From: Candidatus Aenigmatarchaeota archaeon
Lineage (GTDB): Archaea > Aenigmatarchaeota > Aenigmatarchaeia > CG10238-14 > SCSR01
Reading direction: 5' to 3'
DNA length: 42,038 nucleotides
NCBI GenBank assembly: GCA_039091335.1
Contig: JAWCME010000001.1
Coordinates: 76,024 to 118,061 of the forward strand
The notes beneath the pieces are model-generated. The model was not told where the DNA came from. It saw nothing but the letters and a program-made list of their open reading frames with translations, and did not search any database. The position numbers were made by a program, and so were the translations under genes. This document shows, piece after piece, positions 27,579 through 36,654 of the stretch; the stretch's first letter is position 1, and every line of letters begins with the position of its first letter.

Positions 27579-28505
27579 ATGCCGTTTTATGTTGAAGAAG
27601 ATGAGAAGGGGCAAAAAGCATATGAATCTATGCTTATAGAAAAACCAGAATTTTTAGAAAACCTAAGCAATCCTTTGGCGTTAAAGATAATATCACTGTT
27701 ATCTAAGCAACCTGCATGTGCGATGGATTTGGCAAGAAAACTTAAAGAACACGAACAAAAAATTTACTATCATCTGAGAAATCTTGAAAGGATTGGAATA
27801 GTAAAAATAATCAAAACAGAAGAAAGGGTTGGGGCAGTAGCAAAGATATATAAAGTAAGTTCACCTGTTGTTTCTTTCAAGTTGTTTGAAGGAAGAAAAA
27901 TAGTTGACAAAAAAATTAGAGTTAAAGAAATAAAATTTTTCGAGCCATTTGTAAAGGACGGTAAGCTAAACTCAGTTATAATTATAGGGTCACCAGACCC
28001 ACATGGCAAGTATGGTGCACAGTCCTCTGACGGATGTTGTGCTATAGATCTTGCTCTATTTATTGGATGCCTGCTAAATTCTGTATACCTACCTAACTAT
28101 AAGCTTGATACAGAAATAAAAGAAGGTGACCTCAAAAAAAACTTAATTCTTGTTGGGGGCCCAAAGGCAAACATGATAGTTGAAAAAGTCAACAAAAAAA
28201 TGCCAATATACTTTGATTTCTATCGAGAATGGAACATCGTTTCTCCTTTCTCAAAAACAATTTATACAGAAGATGATATTGGTGTGATAGAAAAAATAGA
28301 AAATCCTTTTGACCCAAAAAAGCAGGTTTTGGTTTTGGCCGGGAAAAGGTTCAATGGAACAAGAGCAGCTATAATAGCACTAACCAACTATCTTGAAAAA
28401 ATTGAAGAAGGAAACAAATTTAGTTCAAGTGTTATAGCGAAAGTAGTTAGAGGAATAGACAAGGACTCTGACGGAAGAATTGATGATTTGGAATTTTTGG
28501 AATAA
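27579..28505 (+). CDS. ArsR-like HTH regulator with C-terminal alpha/beta domain
   Basis: LSNPLALKIISLL..CAMDLARKL..HEQKIYYHLRNLE; NLILVGGPKAN segment. Confidence 0.8.
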   Translation: MPFYVEEDEKGQKAYESMLIEKPEFLENLSNPLALKIISLLSKQPACAMDLARKLKEHEQKIYYHLRNLERIGIVKIIKTEERVGAVAKIYKVSSPVVSFKLFEGRKIVDKKIRVKEIKFFEPFVKDGKLNSVIIIGSPDPHGKYGAQSSDGCCAIDLALFIGCLLNSVYLPNYKLDTEIKEGDLKKNLILVGGPKANMIVEKVNKKMPIYFDFYREWNIVSPFSKTIYTEDDIGVIEKIENPFDPKKQVLVLAGKRFNGTRAAIIALTNYLEKIEEGNKFSSSVIAKVVRGIDKDSDGRIDDLEFLE

Positions 28506-28507
28506 AT

Positions 28508-28768
28508 TTAAATTTCTCCACGATGGTCTTCTAACCAGTTTTCTATTGCAGCTTTCGCATCTATTACAATTTCCTCTCCTGAAGGAAGCTTTCTTTTAAT
28601 TGTTATTGGAATTATCTTGTTTTTAAATTCAAGCTTTGCGATTTCAATCGGTTCTAAAATATCCTTTGCGTCTACCAAAATTGGAGCACCCAGCGAAATT
28701 TGTAGTGCCCTTGCGCCTATTAAGCGGGCAACTTCGAACCTTGTAAACATTTTTCTTGGCCAGACCAA
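28508..28768 (-). CDS. rpoK: RNA polymerase subunit Rpo6/K
   Basis: TRFEVARLIGARALQISLGAP. Confidence 0.95.
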   Translation of the reverse strand: MVWPRKMFTRFEVARLIGARALQISLGAPILVDAKDILEPIEIAKLEFKNKIIPITIKRKLPSGEEIVIDAKAAIENWLEDHRGEI

Positions 28769-28825
28769 TATTATACACCTTTAAAAAGGATAAATAACTT
28801 TTTGTTTTTCTTAAAACTTAAAAAT

Positions 28826-29020
28826 TTATGGTTTAAATTGACTCACTTCTTTAAGCAAATCTATGTGGCCTAGGAACAATTGTCTACAACAATATCGCTT
28901 TAGTCCTAAGCTATCCAAAACCTTTCTTGCTTCTTCTCCGGCATTAACTCTGTTCTTATATTCAGAGTAAAGATGACCTACAACTTTTCCACAAGTAAAG
29001 CATCTAACCGGAATAATCAT
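28826..29020 (-). CDS. rpoN: RNA polymerase subunit Rpo10/N
   Basis: [12 protein letters not shown]...RYCCR. Confidence 0.97.
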   Translation of the reverse strand: MIIPVRCFTCGKVVGHLYSEYKNRVNAGEEARKVLDSLGLKRYCCRQLFLGHIDLLKEVSQFKP

Positions 29021-29098
29021 TTAATTGCCTCCATCTCTATCTAAATATATTATCGCTTTATTTTTAATAGTTTAGCTTAATTAAAGTCTTGCTTTATA

Positions 29099-29524
29099 CT
29101 ACCTCTTCGAGCGTTGTTTATGGCGTCTACTCCCACGTTTTGAAGCTCCACCGGCGTGTCTTGTTTCTGGCCTCCTTGTGTCAGAAATAAGCAAACTCCT
29201 ATCATAGCTTAAAATTTTTTGTTTTAATTCCTCACTCTGATAAAAATTTATTAAGGCATTTGTTATCGCAACTCTTATAGCATCTGTTTGTCCTGTAACA
29301 CCTCCTCCTTTCACATTTACCTTTATATCAACATTTTTTGCCAATTCTCCTGCAAGTAACAATGGTTCCTTTATTCTTAGCCTTGAAATTTCATTCCCCC
29401 ACAATTCAAAGGGAATAGAATTTATAGTAATTTTACCAGTTCCAGTTGATACTGTTGCTCTAGCTACTGCAAACTTTCTTTTTCCTACTGCCATTTCAAC
29501 TTTCTTTTTTTCCTTTTTTACCAT
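29099..29524 (-). CDS. rps9: 30S ribosomal protein uS9
   Basis: GKRKFAVARA, VKGGG..GQTDAIR, YDRSLL. Confidence 0.95.
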   Translation of the reverse strand: MVKKEKKKVEMAVGKRKFAVARATVSTGTGKITINSIPFELWGNEISRLRIKEPLLLAGELAKNVDIKVNVKGGGVTGQTDAIRVAITNALINFYQSEELKQKILSYDRSLLISDTRRPETRHAGGASKRGSRRHKQRSKR

Positions 29525-29940
29525 CTTTTCTTAGCCCCCAACTTTAAAGACAGTTCTCCTAATGTTATACTCCTACATTTTAACTTTGTTACATCTTTAG
29601 ATTCTGGCTTTTCAATTTTTTTATTTTTAAATTCCTCTGGAACACCGATAAAAACCCTTAGCCTCTTAAAGGCTTTTCTTCCTTTATCTTTGTCCCAAGG
29701 AAGCATCCCCCTAACCGTTCTTCTGAAAATACCGTCTGGTGTTTTTGGGAAAAACGGACCGTGTTTTGGATCTCCTCTATTAATTTTTTCAGAGTATTTT
29801 TTAACAATATATTTTGGGTCTCCAGAGATATGGGCCTTTTCTATATTAACAACAAAAATTTTTTCTCCTTTCAATAGTTGCTTCGCTATTTTTGAAGCAA
29901 TCCTCCCTAAAATTTGATTTTCTGCATCATAAATTATCAT
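29518..29940 (-). CDS. rpl13: 50S ribosomal protein uL13
   Basis: DAENQILGRIAS, GPFFPKTPDGIFRRTVRGMLP. Confidence 0.96.
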   Translation of the reverse strand: MIIYDAENQILGRIASKIAKQLLKGEKIFVVNIEKAHISGDPKYIVKKYSEKINRGDPKHGPFFPKTPDGIFRRTVRGMLPWDKDKGRKAFKRLRVFIGVPEEFKNKKIEKPESKDVTKLKCRSITLGELSLKLGAKKRW

Positions 29941-29944
29941 TAAA

Positions 29945-30307
29945 TCACGTTATGATTTTTATTCCACTCCCCTTTGGATTCCATTTTATTATTTCTTTAA
30001 TCTCAATGGCTTCGCAGTTTGCGTTTTTTATTTTTTCTTTTGCCCTAGAAGAAAATCTTAAAGCTGCAATTTTAAGTTTTTTTGTAATGTTTCCAGAAGA
30101 TAAGACGACTCCAGGAACAATCACAGTATCCCCTTCATTTGTATTTCTATTTATATCAGATAAATTAACAACAACTCTTTTCCTTCTAGGGTTTTCTAAT
30201 TTTTCTGCCACGGCCTTCCATATTGGAGCATTTAACTCAAAGGATTTTCTCTTCAAATCTTCTATCAATTCTTTTAAATATTTGTTTGTTGGCCCACTTT
30301 TCTTCAC
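29945..30307 (-). CDS. rpl18e: 50S ribosomal protein eL18
   Basis: PIWKAVAEKL.NPRR..VNLSDI, VPGVVLSSG. Confidence 0.95.
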   Translation of the reverse strand: MKKSGPTNKYLKELIEDLKRKSFELNAPIWKAVAEKLENPRRKRVVVNLSDINRNTNEGDTVIVPGVVLSSGNITKKLKIAALRFSSRAKEKIKNANCEAIEIKEIIKWNPKGSGIKIIT

Positions 30308-30354
30308 TCAAAACACCATAAAAAAGTATTTTCAATTTTAGATTTAAAAGGATA

Positions 30355-30442
30355 TGCGGCTGGCGGGATTTGAACCCGCGTTGCAAGCCCGGGAAGCTCG
30401 CGTCTTAACCATTCCAGTTTAGCATGGCTGGACCACAGCCGC
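30355..30442 (-). tRNA. tRNA-Gly(CCC) with intron at 17/17a (30412-30425)
   Basis: GCGG acceptor, A73; central helix CCAG/CUGG; spliced D loop AGCCUGGUUA. Confidence 0.92.
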
Positions 30443-30819
30443 TAATGTTTCTCAATTCTTATTTTCTCCCCATCTTTTATATTTTTCAAAAATCTAAAAT
30501 TGCTTTTTATTTTCCCAAAAACGTTTACAGGAGAGAAGGCAATTGGCTTTTCGTCCCTTGAAAATGGTGTTTTCCCAAAAAATATACAAATTGCCCTTCC
30601 TGGAGGCCAATAAGCTACATCTCCAACAGAAACAATTTTTTGTGAATTTTCCTCTTCTAAATTTATTCCACAATCAAAAAATACTTCTTCTCCCCATTTT
30701 TTCAAATTTCCTTCTATTGGCAAAGAATTATATATAGCTTCTGCTGTTCTAGGATTTTTTTCCGTTAATTCTGCTATCATTTCCTGTTTTTTAGTTATTA
30801 TTTTGATTTTTTTCTGCAT
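30442..30819 (-). CDS. Cyclophilin-like fold protein (TM1367/DUF369-like)
   Basis: WGEEVFF, VGDVAYWPPGRAICIFFGKTP, SPVNVFGK. Confidence 0.85.
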   Translation of the reverse strand: MQKKIKIITKKQEMIAELTEKNPRTAEAIYNSLPIEGNLKKWGEEVFFDCGINLEEENSQKIVSVGDVAYWPPGRAICIFFGKTPFSRDEKPIAFSPVNVFGKIKSNFRFLKNIKDGEKIRIEKH

Positions 30820-31244
30820 TTTTTAACCATAGATGCTATTTTTTCACCAAGTATTTTACATTCCCTTAGCTTGTTTTTATTTGGTTTTCTTTCTGAAATA
30901 ACAGATCCCACAACTTTTATACCATGACATTCCATTGCATCTTTTAGAGAATTCAAACATTTTTTTCCATCTTTCAAATATCCTGCAGAAGTAAAAACTC
31001 CCCCTATTTTACCTTCTAATTTTTTCCATACATCTATAGATTCATCTATAAATTTTTTCATTTTCCAAGACATCTGTCTAAAGTATGTTGGAGAGCCTAG
31101 GACGATTGCGTCTGCCTTTATCAAGTCTTCGTTTGTTGTTTCTTCAACACTTTTTAACTCCCCTCCCGAACCTTCTGCTATTGCCCTAGCCATCATTTCG
31201 GTGTTTCCTGTTTCACTATGATATACAATTAAAACTTTTTGCAT
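30798..31244 (-). CDS. Flavodoxin/WrbA-like protein
   Basis: YHSETGNTEMMA FMN loop, LGSPTY. Confidence 0.88.
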   Translation of the reverse strand: MQKVLIVYHSETGNTEMMARAIAEGSGGELKSVEETTNEDLIKADAIVLGSPTYFRQMSWKMKKFIDESIDVWKKLEGKIGGVFTSAGYLKDGKKCLNSLKDAMECHGIKVVGSVISERKPNKNKLRECKILGEKIASMVKKCRKKSK

Positions 31245-31444
31245 CTTCCACCCCCTTATATTTTTTAATTTTAAACATAAAGATTAACAAAGCTTTTATA
31301 GTTCAGACTTTTTTAAATTATGTTTCTTCTATAAGTAAAATGTAGTTTTTAACTTCTATGTAAACCATATCCACGCACAAATCAGGTTTATAGAATTGAT
31401 ATTTATAGAAAACAAACTCAGAAGAAGAAAGTCATCTATCACTA

Positions 31445-31543
31445 CGCTGGGGATGGGATTTGAACCCATACTCTCCTTTCGGAGAACCAGCTCTCGAGGT
31501 TCACCTTTATATCTGGCGCCTTACCTTGTTCGGCCACCCCAGC
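31445..31543 (-). tRNA. tRNA-Ser(CGA) with intron at 30/31 (31500-31512)
   Basis: Long variable arm, G73; central helix CGCC/GGUG, exon helix GG/CU. Confidence 0.92.
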
Positions 31544-31585
31544 CCAATTTATTTTCATTAGTTTTTAAATAAATATTTTTAGAAT

Positions 31586-32146
31586 ATGAAAAAACTATAT
31601 TTTATCAGTAATAATGAAGAGAAAATTAAAGAGGTTAGCTCTTTCTTTAAAAATTTTGGGATTAAAATAATTGGAAAAAAATTAAATCTTCTTGAGCCAA
31701 AGTATAAACGCTTAGAAGAAGTTGCAAGGGAAAAGGCAATACAGGCATCAAAAAAATTAAAAAAACCGTTAATAGTTGAGGATACTGGAATTTATTTTAA
31801 TTGTTACAAAAATTTTCCTGGAACCATTTCAAAATTTATATTCGAAACAATTGGATTTGATGGAATATTTAGGCTACTTTCTAGAAAGACAAGAAGAGCT
31901 TATTTTAAAACTGCGGTCGCATATTACAAACCAAGAGAAAAAATTTTAATTTTTACAGGAATTTGTAGGGGCAAAATAACAAGAAAAATAAGGGGAAGAA
32001 TTAACAAAAAAATGCCTTATGATAATATCTTCGTTCCTGAAGGATGTAAAAAAACTTTTTCTGAGATGAGCAAAGAAGAAAAGGCAAAGTATTCCCATCG
32101 CGCTAAAGCACTTGAAAAATTTGCAAAATGGTTTATTAAGAATTAG
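31586..32146 (+). CDS. Non-canonical purine NTP pyrophosphatase (HAM1/RdgB)
   Basis: SNNEEK, IVEDTG, FPG, YDNIFVP, YSHRAKAL. Confidence 0.92.
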   Translation: MKKLYFISNNEEKIKEVSSFFKNFGIKIIGKKLNLLEPKYKRLEEVAREKAIQASKKLKKPLIVEDTGIYFNCYKNFPGTISKFIFETIGFDGIFRLLSRKTRRAYFKTAVAYYKPREKILIFTGICRGKITRKIRGRINKKMPYDNIFVPEGCKKTFSEMSKEEKAKYSHRAKALEKFAKWFIKN

Positions 32147-32150
32147 CCTT

Positions 32151-32864
32151 TTATTTGTTGCTATCAATATTTATTAAAGAAACTTTATTTTCTAATATTG
32201 CATCTTTAACAACCAAATAGCCACTACTGCTTCTCTCATTCCAAATCTTTTCATAATCCAAAATCTTAATTTTCTTTTTAAAAATCGGACAATCTAACGT
32301 TAAAGATTCGTATTCTCCTCCTTCCCCACTTAAATTAACTCCGTACTTTCTACTAAGAGTTATTAAATCTTCTATGGTTTTTTCATCTATTCTTCTACCT
32401 AACCAATTTTTATTAAACCCTTCAGAGAATATTCCTGTGATTATAATATCAAAACCAGAATCTATTTCTTCCCTTAACAGTTCTTCTGAATTTCTATGCC
32501 AGAGAGGTGTGATGTGCTTTAGCCCCAAATCTAAACAAATTTTATATATTCTATTTTTTTGATAGGATGAAGCAATACAGCCAGAAACTACCCCTTCCAC
32601 CTTATTCTTTATTTTTTCTAGAGCATTTTTTAAATCTTCCAATTCTTTTTCTTTTTTTCCCTCTGTTTTTTCAATTAAATGTTTGATTCCCAATGCCTTT
32701 GCTTGAAGTTTTGTCAATTCTATACAAGGAAAATGAAACATCCATGAATCTTGCGCCTTAGGTAATATTGTAACAAGATATTCTATTTTATAGCCTTGTT
32801 TTGATAATAAAAAGGCAGAGTAGGTCGAATCCTTCCCTCCTGAAAAAAGAACGGCAACTTTCAT
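32151..32864 (-). CDS. Diphthine--ammonia ligase (Dph6-like) ATP pyrophosphatase
   Basis: LFSGGKDS, SWMFH, PLWHR, GEGGEYES. Confidence 0.9.
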   Translation of the reverse strand: MKVAVLFSGGKDSTYSAFLLSKQGYKIEYLVTILPKAQDSWMFHFPCIELTKLQAKALGIKHLIEKTEGKKEKELEDLKNALEKIKNKVEGVVSGCIASSYQKNRIYKICLDLGLKHITPLWHRNSEELLREEIDSGFDIIITGIFSEGFNKNWLGRRIDEKTIEDLITLSRKYGVNLSGEGGEYESLTLDCPIFKKKIKILDYEKIWNERSSSGYLVVKDAILENKVSLINIDSNK

Positions 32865-32918
32865 AAAATGCTTATATTTTAAACAACTTTAAATTTAACT
32901 AAATTTAGGTAGGATTTC

Positions 32919-33326
32919 ATGGAAATATTTCAGAGTGGTTTTGAAGTCAAAACATCAAAAAGAATAGAAGTAATAGACATAACTGAAGAGGTTGAAAAAA
33001 CAGTGGAAAGAAGTGGGATTAAAAATGGGGTTTGCCTTATTTTTATTCCTCATGCAACCGCATCTATTGTTCTGGAAGAGAATGAAGCTGGGTTGATTAA
33101 AGACATAGAAAACACAATCAAAAAAATTTTTTTAAATGAAAAATACGAGCATGATAGAATTGATAACAATGCATATGCTCATATTGCCAGTGGCTTTATA
33201 GGTCAATCAAGAATTTACCCTATAAAGGACAGGAAAATTTTAAGGGGAAAATGGCAAAACACACTTCTAATAGAGCTTGACGGCCCAAGAAAAAGAGATG
33301 TTTTAATAACCATAATTGGAAAATAG
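32919..33326 (+). CDS. YjbQ/UPF0047 family protein
   Basis: PHATASI..EENE, YEHD..DNNAYAH, WQ...IELDGPR. Confidence 0.9.
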   Translation: MEIFQSGFEVKTSKRIEVIDITEEVEKTVERSGIKNGVCLIFIPHATASIVLEENEAGLIKDIENTIKKIFLNEKYEHDRIDNNAYAHIASGFIGQSRIYPIKDRKILRGKWQNTLLIELDGPRKRDVLITIIGK

Positions 33327-33357
33327 ATTTAAAAGAAAAAACACAAGTCTGAGTTGT

Positions 33358-34920
33358 ATGGAAAACAAATTGCTTAAAGAGGGTAAAATAGAGCCAAGAT
33401 TGTACCAAACTGAAATAGCAGAAAATGCAAGCAAAAAAAATACCTTGGTAGTTTTACCTACGGGTACCGGGAAAACAATAATTTCTTTACTTGTTATAGC
33501 TAAAAGGTTAGAAAAATTTCCTGATAGCAAGATCCTTGTTTTGTCTCCAACTCGACCCCTTTCAGCACAACACAAAAAAACGTTTGAAAATTTTTTAAAC
33601 ACAGAAGAAAACAAAATCTTATTGATAACTGGAAAGATTAAACCAAAAGAAAGAGAAGAATTGTATAAAAAGGCAAAGATAATAGTTGCAACTCCTCAAA
33701 CAATAGCAAACGACTTGGAAAAAAATAGAATAAGCTTAGAAAACTTTAGCTTTCTTGTAGTTGATGAATGTCATAGATCTGTTAAAAAATATCCCTACCC
33801 GTTGGTTGCAAAAAAATATATAGAACAATCAAGATTTCCTTTAATTCTTGGTCTTACTGCTTCGCCTGGATGGACAAAAGAAAGAATAAACGAAATATGT
33901 AAAAATCTTTTTATAGAGGCTGTTGAAATAAGGACAGAAAAAGATTTGGATGTTAGTTCATATGTACAACCAATAAAAACAGAGTGGGTCTACTTTGACC
34001 TTCCGAAGGAATTTATAGAAATTAAAAATTTGCTAGAAAGTATTTTAAAGGAAAATTTGTTTTGGCTGAGAGACCATTTTTACATATCAACATTAAAGCC
34101 AAGTAAAAAACTATTAATACAACTTCAAGAAAGGCTTGCTAAAAAATACAAGGAGGAGAAGAATTATTCTATCTTTTGGGCAATGATGAAAGTCATTGAA
34201 TCTCTAAAGCTTGAACATGCTTTGGAACTTTTAGAGACTCAAGGAATACCACAACTTTTAGATTATCTTAAAAAAATTGAAAAAAGCAAGAAATTTGGAG
34301 ATAGAAGAATTAGGAAGGACTCTCGTATAATAAAAGCCATTAGAAGCGCAGAACAAATTGCGAAAACGGGCATTGGACATCCAAAGCTTAAAATGTTAGT
34401 GAAAATAATTAAAGAAATAATAAATAAAGATCCTAATGCAAGGATGATTGTTTTTGCAAATTATAGAAGTACTATTAATATAATAAATAATACTTTAATT
34501 GAAAACGGTATAAACTCAGAAATACTTGTTGGTCAGTCAATTAAAAATGGTATGGGATTAACACAGCAAAAACAAATAGATGTTTTGAAAAGATTTAGTG
34601 AATCTTCATTTAACGTGCTTTGTGGGACTTCTATATCAGAAGAAGGTTTATCTATAGCAGATGTTCCATATGTTATATTTTATGAACCAGTTCCATCTGA
34701 AATAAGAATGATACAACGCAGGGGAAGAACGGGAAGAAGTTCACCTGGAACTGTAATATTCTTAATAACTAGAGGTACTAGAGATGAAGCATACTATTGG
34801 GCTGCATTACAAAAAGAGAGAAGAATGAAACAACTCCTATACAAGATGAAAGATACTGGGATTAAAATAAGTAAAAAAAGTATTAGAAAAGAAAAAACTT
34901 TGTTGGATTGGATAAAATGA
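33358..34920 (+). CDS. Hef/FANCM-like SF2 helicase (no fused nuclease)
   Basis: PRLYQ, LPTGTGKT, VDECH, TASPG, QRRGRTGR; likely start ATG 33358. Confidence 0.92.
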   Translation: MENKLLKEGKIEPRLYQTEIAENASKKNTLVVLPTGTGKTIISLLVIAKRLEKFPDSKILVLSPTRPLSAQHKKTFENFLNTEENKILLITGKIKPKEREELYKKAKIIVATPQTIANDLEKNRISLENFSFLVVDECHRSVKKYPYPLVAKKYIEQSRFPLILGLTASPGWTKERINEICKNLFIEAVEIRTEKDLDVSSYVQPIKTEWVYFDLPKEFIEIKNLLESILKENLFWLRDHFYISTLKPSKKLLIQLQERLAKKYKEEKNYSIFWAMMKVIESLKLEHALELLETQGIPQLLDYLKKIEKSKKFGDRRIRKDSRIIKAIRSAEQIAKTGIGHPKLKMLVKIIKEIINKDPNARMIVFANYRSTINIINNTLIENGINSEILVGQSIKNGMGLTQQKQIDVLKRFSESSFNVLCGTSISEEGLSIADVPYVIFYEPVPSEIRMIQRRGRTGRSSPGTVIFLITRGTRDEAYYWAALQKERRMKQLLYKMKDTGIKISKKSIRKEKTLLDWIK

Positions 34921-35570
34921 GAGAGTTTCAAAAAATATTTAAGCCCAGTAAGGTTTTTATAATCTCAGATTTTAGAGAAGAGGAAGTAATAGAAAATTTT
35001 AAAAAACTTGGGGTGGCTGTTAATAAACAATCTTTAGAGATAGGTGATTTTGTTGTATCAAAACAAGTAGTGATCGAAAGAAAAACACACAATGATTTTG
35101 TTTCTTCAATAATAGATGGTAGAATTTTTGAGCAAGCATATTCCATGAGAAAGAACTTTGAAAAGCCGATACTAATAGTCGAAGGATACTCAACAAGAGA
35201 AATTAACGAAAATGCTTTAATGGGAGCCATTGCAACTCTTCTTATAGATTTTAACATCTCCATACTATACACAAAAAACCCATTGGACACAGCAAAAACA
35301 ATATACTGGATAGCTAAAAAAGAACAGGCTGAAAAAAAGGAAGAAATAGGAATAAGGGTGGGAAAAAAACCAAAGGACATTAGAAAAATGCAAGAATTTA
35401 TAGTTTGCTCAATCCCAGGAGTTTCTACAATACTTGGAAGACGTTTATTAGAAAATTTTGGAAGCGTTTATAGAATTTTTACTGCAAGTGAAGAAGAACT
35501 ACAAAAAGTAAAGGGAATAGGTAAATCCCTTGCATCAAAAATAAAAAAGATTTTAACGGCTAACTATTAA
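34917..35570 (+). CDS. xpf: XPF/ERCC4 nuclease with (HhH)2 domain
   Basis: SDFRE, IGDFVV, IERKT, IVEG, IPGV, VKGIG; ATGA overlap with the helicase stop. Confidence 0.9.
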   Translation: MREFQKIFKPSKVFIISDFREEEVIENFKKLGVAVNKQSLEIGDFVVSKQVVIERKTHNDFVSSIIDGRIFEQAYSMRKNFEKPILIVEGYSTREINENALMGAIATLLIDFNISILYTKNPLDTAKTIYWIAKKEQAEKKEEIGIRVGKKPKDIRKMQEFIVCSIPGVSTILGRRLLENFGSVYRIFTASEEELQKVKGIGKSLASKIKKILTANY

Positions 35571-35581
35571 TTGGTGCTAGC

Positions 35582-36076
35582 CTGGCTAAAAACATTATAG
35601 TTGGTATTGATTCTGGAATTACTGTAGGTATAGCAATATTAGACACCCGAGGAAGAATAATTGATATAACTAGCAAAAAGCAAACCAAGAAAGAAGAAAT
35701 AATCAATTACATACTTAAGTTTGGTAGACCAATAATAGTTGCTTCAGATGTTAGCCCGCCACCAAAGATGGTTAGTAAAATAGCAAGCTCTATTGGGAGT
35801 AAGCTTTATCATCCAGAAATTTCTTTGTCGAATGCGGAAAAGGGAAAAATTATAAAAAGGTATGTAAAAGAAATAAAGGATTCGCATCAGAAGGATGCTT
35901 TGGCTGCAGGACTAAAGGCATTCAAAAACTATCATGGTCTTTTTTTAAAAGTTGAGGAAATACTTTTGAAGCTTGGAAGAACCGATTTGCTTGAAGATGT
36001 TATAAGAAATGTTGTTGAAAAAGAAAATGAAAATATAAATGATATAATCAAAAAGATTTTGAAGTGGGAAAAATGA
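35582..36076 (+). CDS. DUF460 RNase-H-like protein, probable CTG start
   Basis: In-frame IIVGIDSGITVGIAILD..IVASDVSP upstream of the tracked ATG at 35768; HQKDALAA. Confidence 0.75.
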   Translation: MAKNIIVGIDSGITVGIAILDTRGRIIDITSKKQTKKEEIINYILKFGRPIIVASDVSPPPKMVSKIASSIGSKLYHPEISLSNAEKGKIIKRYVKEIKDSHQKDALAAGLKAFKNYHGLFLKVEEILLKLGRTDLLEDVIRNVVEKENENINDIIKKILKWEK

Positions 36077-36654
36077 AATTGAAAACGTATTTTCCTTTGA
36101 TTTCATTTCTCCTCAGGTTAAATATACTTCTAATACCACTCTATCTTTCTTTTTTTTTAAACATCTCTTTTCCACACATTCAGATATTTTTAGCAAATAT
36201 AATAACAAGAGTTTTGGTAGGTTTGGGTTATAACTCAAAAACAGAGGGATATTTTATTACCATATTTTCTGGTGAAAATGTAAATATAGAAATAAATGCA
36301 GATTGTACAGGATGGAAAAGTATCTATACGCTTACTGCTCTTATCATTGCGACTCCTTACTCGAGTTTGAATAAAAAAATATTTTTTCTAATAATATCTC
36401 TTCCATCGTTGTTTTTTTTAAATTTTATTCGTATACTTTCCACAATTTTGCTTTCCTTAATTTTTGGTTTACAATATTTTGAAACTGTCCATAATTTATT
36501 ATGGAGGGAGGGAATGATAGCAATCGTTCTTTTGATTTGGTATTTTTGGTTAATAAAAGTAAAACATAATAGTGAACAAAAGAAATATCAATTAGGTGGG
36601 TTCGTTGGAAAATCAAGAAGAAGAAAAAACCAAATTAAAACTTCTCCAAATTGA
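36073..36654 (+). CDS. Archaeosortase/exosortase family membrane protein
   Basis: INADCTGW (Cys), LNFIRI (Arg), HNLLW; multiple TM segments. Confidence 0.8.
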   Translation: MKLKTYFPLISFLLRLNILLIPLYLSFFLNISFPHIQIFLANIITRVLVGLGYNSKTEGYFITIFSGENVNIEINADCTGWKSIYTLTALIIATPYSSLNKKIFFLIISLPSLFFLNFIRILSTILLSLIFGLQYFETVHNLLWREGMIAIVLLIWYFWLIKVKHNSEQKKYQLGGFVGKSRRRKNQIKTSPN

